NCBI GenBank assembly: GCA_018675975.1 | Contig: JABGXB010000003.1 | Span: 267,821 to 331,820 of the forward strand | Length of the DNA: 64,000 nucleotides | Direction: 5' to 3' | Origin: Candidatus Woesearchaeota archaeon | GTDB lineage: Archaea; Nanobdellota; Nanobdellia; Woesearchaeales; JABGXB01 | In this document: positions 60,376 through 64,000 of the stretch, piece by piece | How positions within the stretch are numbered: position 1 is the first letter of the stretch | How the letters are laid out: each line of letters begins with the position of its first letter | Notes under the pieces: generated by a model | What the model was told of the DNA's origin: nothing | What the model saw: the letters and a program-made list of their open reading frames with translations, nothing else | Databases searched by the model: none | Position numbers and translations under genes: made by a program

Positions 60376-61878
60376 TTATTTAAATGAATAAGGATCAGCT
60401 AATTTTAAAAAATTATTAATTTGATTTAATTTAATGTTTGTATATGAATATACTCTAAATAGAATTTCATTTTTTTTAACTTTATCATTTTGTTTTTTTA
60501 ATAAATAAACACCACATCCTTTATGACTTGGAGCTCCAGCCATTTTTGCAATTTTACTTATAATTTTATTATCAATTTGTTTTACAATACCAGATTTATT
60601 TGATTTAACTTCATATATACATTTTGATAATTTATTTTTTAAATTATTAGTGCCATTTATTTTTTTCCCACCTTGTGCCACAATTATTTCATTAAATTTA
60701 TCAAATGCTTTATTAGAATATAAAATGTCACGAGCTACAATTTCACCTTGACCTTTTTTATATAAACCACCAAGCTCTAACATATTACCAGCTAATTTAA
60801 TACTTTTATCAATTAAATCTTTTAAATGATCATGTTGATTTTTTAATACATCATAAACATCGATTGCCTCTAAAACGGGACCCAAACCACAACCAATTGG
60901 ATTTTTTCCATCAGTTAAAACAGCATGAACATTTAGTCCAATTGAATGTCCTACTTTTTCAAAATCAGATTTTAATGAAAGTGCGTCTTTTTTTGAGCTT
61001 ATTTTAGAACCCATCCCATAAGGAATATCAATTAATACTTTATTACTACTAACACTTCTTTTTTTGGATAAAACTGAAGCTATTAATTGACCTCTTGGAT
61101 CTAAAGAAAGAGGATGTTCAACATTAATTATTATATCATCTGCAGGAGCTAAATCTAAAGCCCCACCCCATGTAATACATGCACCAGTTTTTTTTACAAC
61201 TTTTTTCATTTTAGAAATATCTAAATCTACATTAGTAAAAACTTCAAATGTATCTGCAGTACCAGCAGGAGATGTAATTGAACGTGAAGAAGTTTTAGGA
61301 ACTACATAACCTGCAACTGCTAATATTGGAACAACAATCATTGTAGTTCTATTTCCAGCAACACCACCTATACAATGCTTATCAATCACATTTTTAGAAC
61401 CAAATTTAATTATTTTACCAGTTTCAACCATGGATTTAGTTAATGCAATTGTTTCATCTAAATTTAAAGGATTACAATAACAAGCACTAACAAAATATGT
61501 AATTTCAACTTCAGTTAATATATTGTCTTTTATATCATTAATAATTTTTGTAAATTGATCTTTATTTAATCTTTCACCTTGTAATTTCTTTTTAATATAA
61601 TTTAATGTAATAGGTTCATTAATGTGAAATAATCTAACAATATCATTATGTTTTAAATTTAATTTTTCTCTTACTTCATCTAATACACCAACTTGGCCAT
61701 TTTTTAAAAAATCCGAATCAATTATATCAACCATAGCAATAAGTTCTTTTTTATTAAATCTAATACCCATTCTACTTTTTGGAGGAATATTTAATTTTGC
61801 ACAATCATATTTAGTTAAATATACTACTAAAGGACCACCAGTTTTAATTTTAATTTTTTTTATTTTAAAGTACATCAT
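60376..61878 (-). CDS. AMP phosphorylase / thymidine phosphorylase-family protein
   Basis: Glycosyltransferase-family-3 core DKHCIGGVAGNRTTMIVVPI with an N-terminal extension and the ~500 aa length typical of archaeal AMP phosphorylase. Confidence 0.65.
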   Translation of the reverse strand: MMYFKIKKIKIKTGGPLVVYLTKYDCAKLNIPPKSRMGIRFNKKELIAMVDIIDSDFLKNGQVGVLDEVREKLNLKHNDIVRLFHINEPITLNYIKKKLQGERLNKDQFTKIINDIKDNILTEVEITYFVSACYCNPLNLDETIALTKSMVETGKIIKFGSKNVIDKHCIGGVAGNRTTMIVVPILAVAGYVVPKTSSRSITSPAGTADTFEVFTNVDLDISKMKKVVKKTGACITWGGALDLAPADDIIINVEHPLSLDPRGQLIASVLSKKRSVSSNKVLIDIPYGMGSKISSKKDALSLKSDFEKVGHSIGLNVHAVLTDGKNPIGCGLGPVLEAIDVYDVLKNQHDHLKDLIDKSIKLAGNMLELGGLYKKGQGEIVARDILYSNKAFDKFNEIIVAQGGKKINGTNNLKNKLSKCIYEVKSNKSGIVKQIDNKIISKIAKMAGAPSHKGCGVYLLKKQNDKVKKNEILFRVYSYTNIKLNQINNFLKLADPYSFK

Positions 61879-62942
61879 TTTCCATTTGCTTTATTCATTT
61901 TAAAATAAATTTTCATTAAGTTATAGGTAATAATTACAATAAACGGACCTATTATCAAACCACTTAGTCCAAAAATTGAAAGACCACCTAATACACCTAA
62001 AATAATAAAGTATACATCAATTAAAACTAAGTTTGCCATTACTTTTGGTTTTATTATATTATCAATAGAACCAACAATAACACCACCTATGAAAATAATG
62101 ATTGCATCTGAAAAATATGGAATTCCTGTTGACATACCAAATAAAACTTTAAAAATTAAAAGTGGCATCCAAATAAGACCCGTACCCAAAAAAGGAATTG
62201 ATCCTAAAAGACCAGTTAAAATACCAAACACTATGGGGTATTCTATATTTGCTAAATAATAAGCAAAACCTGCAATAATTGCCTGTATAAATGCAGTTAA
62301 TAAAAATCCAAATGTAAAACCTTTTAATAAATTATGAAATTCCTTAAACAAGTTTTTAGTATCTTTTGAATTTAATGGACTCAATTTACATATTGCCTTA
62401 TAAATTTCTAATTTTTTTGATAAAAAATACCACATTGATAAAAATGTTAAAAATAAAAATAACATTAAATCTGGAAGTAATAATATAAATTTTGAAAATA
62501 TATTAAATGAATTTTCTAAAAATCCTGAACCACTTTTATTTTTTGAATTAAATATATCAGACAAATACCTTTGTGCAGTAATATCATCTCTTAAAGCATC
62601 AAATTTAATAACAATATCACATAAAAAATCTCCTTCACAAGTTGTTATTTCCCCTCTAGCATATTTTTGAATTGTATTAATTGAATTATCAATTTTAAAA
62701 AAAAATGATTGTGTAATAAAATAAATTATTAATAATATAATAAAAATTGTTAAAAATGTAATAAATGCAGATCTATAATCTTTATCTTTAATGAAAGTAA
62801 ATCTATCTTGAAGTGGACTAAAAATAAAAGTTAAAAATGCACCAAAAACTATAGCAGCTAAAAAACTTGAAAATAGCCAAATTGAAAGAACTAAAAATAC
62901 AATCAAAAGTAAATTTACAGATTTTTTTCTATCGATATTCAC
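61875..62942 (-). CDS. AI-2E family transporter (second copy)
   Basis: Multi-TM, UPF0118-like. Overlaps the upstream gene by 4 bp. Confidence 0.6.
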   Translation of the reverse strand: MNIDRKKSVNLLLIVFLVLSIWLFSSFLAAIVFGAFLTFIFSPLQDRFTFIKDKDYRSAFITFLTIFIILLIIYFITQSFFFKIDNSINTIQKYARGEITTCEGDFLCDIVIKFDALRDDITAQRYLSDIFNSKNKSGSGFLENSFNIFSKFILLLPDLMLFLFLTFLSMWYFLSKKLEIYKAICKLSPLNSKDTKNLFKEFHNLLKGFTFGFLLTAFIQAIIAGFAYYLANIEYPIVFGILTGLLGSIPFLGTGLIWMPLLIFKVLFGMSTGIPYFSDAIIIFIGGVIVGSIDNIIKPKVMANLVLIDVYFIILGVLGGLSIFGLSGLIIGPFIVIITYNLMKIYFKMNKANGK

Positions 62943-62956
62943 ACCTCTTTCAACAT

Positions 62957-63028
62957 GGACCTAGCCGGGATCGAACCGGCGATCTTTACTAAGTCAAAGT
63001 AACGTCATACCACTAGACCATAGGTCCT
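62957..63028 (-). tRNA. tRNA-Val (GAC)
   Basis: Acceptor GGACCTA/TAGGTCC with discriminator A; anticodon stem TTACT/AGTAA, loop TTGACTT; T-arm GCCGG-TTCGATC-CCGGC. Confidence 0.8.
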
Positions 63029-63078
63029 TAATTATATTCTAATATATTTGTTTATAAGAATATCGAATAAAATAAAAA

Positions 63079-63161
63079 CGCCGAGACTGAGATTCGAACT
63101 CAGAATCCCTTACGGGACAAGCTTTCAAGGCTTGCGCAATACCAGATTATGCGATCTCGGC
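63079..63161 (-). tRNA. tRNA-Ser (TGA)
   Basis: Acceptor GCCGAGA/TCTCGGC with discriminator G; anticodon stem CAAGC/GCTTG, loop CTTGAAA; long variable arm; T-arm CTGAG-TTCGAAT-CTCAG. Confidence 0.8.
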
Positions 63162-63202
63162 AACGTTTTTGACGAATCGCGACCATTAATGAAATTAATG
63201 AC

Positions 63203-63217
63203 ATGCGATCTCGGCAA
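63203..63217. repeat. 15 bp exact duplicate of tRNA-Ser(TGA) 5' end (atgcgatctcggcaa)
   Basis: Identical to 63149-63163, which covers tRNA nucleotides 1-13 plus 2 nt. It lies 54 bp upstream of the tRNA in tRNA orientation. Confidence 0.7.
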
Positions 63218-63255
63218 TCTTAAATACATTCTCAAAAATTATTGTTTTTATAAAA

Positions 63256-64000
63256 TTAATGACTTTTTGCAATATAAACCACATGTTTTGCAGGTTTACC
63301 ACAAACAATACAATTACAAAATACTTCCTCATTTTTATTAAACCAAACACCTCTTACTTCAGCTTTTGTTTCTTTTTCAATTACTCCAGCACATTCCGCA
63401 CCATCCATATCAATTGAACAAAATGAAGTTCTTATCATTTTACCATCATCAATATTTTTTTTAATATCATTTTTATTTTGAACATCTATTACAGTTTTAT
63501 CAAATACTTCATCTGCTTGAGAAATCATATTTTGAGTAAAAGTTTCTTTAATTGAATTAATATGAGGAATTAAATCATTCATTGAAACAGTATTTTTTTC
63601 AGATATGTCTCTTCTAAAAATAATAATTTGATTATTTTCAACATCACGCGGACCAACTTCAATTCTTATAGGAACACCTTTTAATTCCCAATGATTATAT
63701 TTGTAACCCGGGCTAAATTCTTTTCTATCATCAATTTTAACAGAATAATTTAATTTTTCTAATTGATTTTTTATTAACTCCACTCTAGAATCTACAATAT
63801 CAAATTTATTTTTAAAATAAATTGGAATAATTATTATTTGTAATGGAGCTATATCCCAAGGTAATTTTAAACCAGTATCATCACCATGAAATGTTATTAA
63901 AGCACCATAATTTCTAGAATGACATGGACCATAACAAGTAATCCAACCTAATTTTTCACTTTCATCCTTATCTTTAAATTTAACATTAAATGCCTCACTA
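63256..64000 (-). CDS. proS: prolyl-tRNA synthetase, archaeal/eukaryotic type (3' part; gene continues beyond window)
   Basis: The upstream same-frame translation continues ...GWITCYGPCHSRNYGALITFHGDDTGLKLPWDIAPLQIIIIPI (class II motif 3 region). A C-terminal zinc-binding domain ends in Y. The ORF-track start at 63783 is an internal GTG. Confidence 0.75.
   Translation of the reverse strand, partial: SEAFNVKFKDKDESEKLGWITCYGPCHSRNYGALITFHGDDTGLKLPWDIAPLQIIIIPIYFKNKFDIVDSRVELIKNQLEKLNYSVKIDDRKEFSPGYKYNHWELKGVPIRIEVGPRDVENNQIIIFRRDISEKNTVSMNDLIPHINSIKETFTQNMISQADEVFDKTVIDVQNKNDIKKNIDDGKMIRTSFCSIDMDGAECAGVIEKETKAEVRGVWFNKNEEVFCNCIVCGKPAKHVVYIAKSH

Noticed and set aside
63048-63341. 97-aa plus-strand ORF in the track
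   Set aside because: It lies entirely across tRNA-Ser(TGA) and its duplicated 5' segment, so it is spurious.
1-64000. CRISPR arrays, rRNA genes, IS elements or transposases
   Set aside because: No regularly spaced short repeats, no rRNA-like GC-rich structured stretches, and no transposase or integrase-like ORF were seen anywhere in the window. The only GC-rich islands are the five tRNAs.

Overview
This is a 64 kb, gene-dense stretch of an extremely A+T-rich prokaryotic chromosome; by eye, A+T is well above 70%. It is archaeal. The initiator tRNA-Met has an A1:U72 end pair and a GGG/CCC anticodon stem, and the window carries GatD/GatE, Cdc48/VAT, Pth2, Spt5, archaeal-type ProRS and FtsZ. The strongly N/K/I-biased, low-complexity proteins and giant C-terminally anchored surface proteins fit a small-genome uncultured archaeon, possibly DPANN-like, but that is a guess. 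Recognisable content in order: a BolA plus CGFS-glutaredoxin pair; a cNMP-binding protein; two AI-2E transporters; a suf operon (HTH regulator, sufB, sufD, sufS, sufC, sufT); gatD/gatE; a NUDIX hydrolase; a dNT-like HAD hydrolase; cdc48; an FKBP; ftsZ; spt5; a U32 peptidase; and nrdR directly followed by a large class II-type ribonucleotide reductase interrupted by a LAGLIDADG intein. Further along are a peptidyl-tRNA hydrolase, a radical-SAM protein, an AMP/thymidine phosphorylase, five tRNAs (iMet, Ser-GCT, Gln-TTG, Val-GAC, Ser-TGA) and the 3' part of proS. The best candidate for an undescribed system is the three-gene block at 29274-32850. It encodes a tandem (pseudo-dimeric) ThyX-like protein whose N-terminal copy has lost the RHR motif, a ParB/Srx-like protein, and a thymidylate-kinase::HAD-phosphatase fusion. 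It sits directly upstream of nrdR-nrdJ. I found no CRISPR array, rRNA, transposase or integrase.
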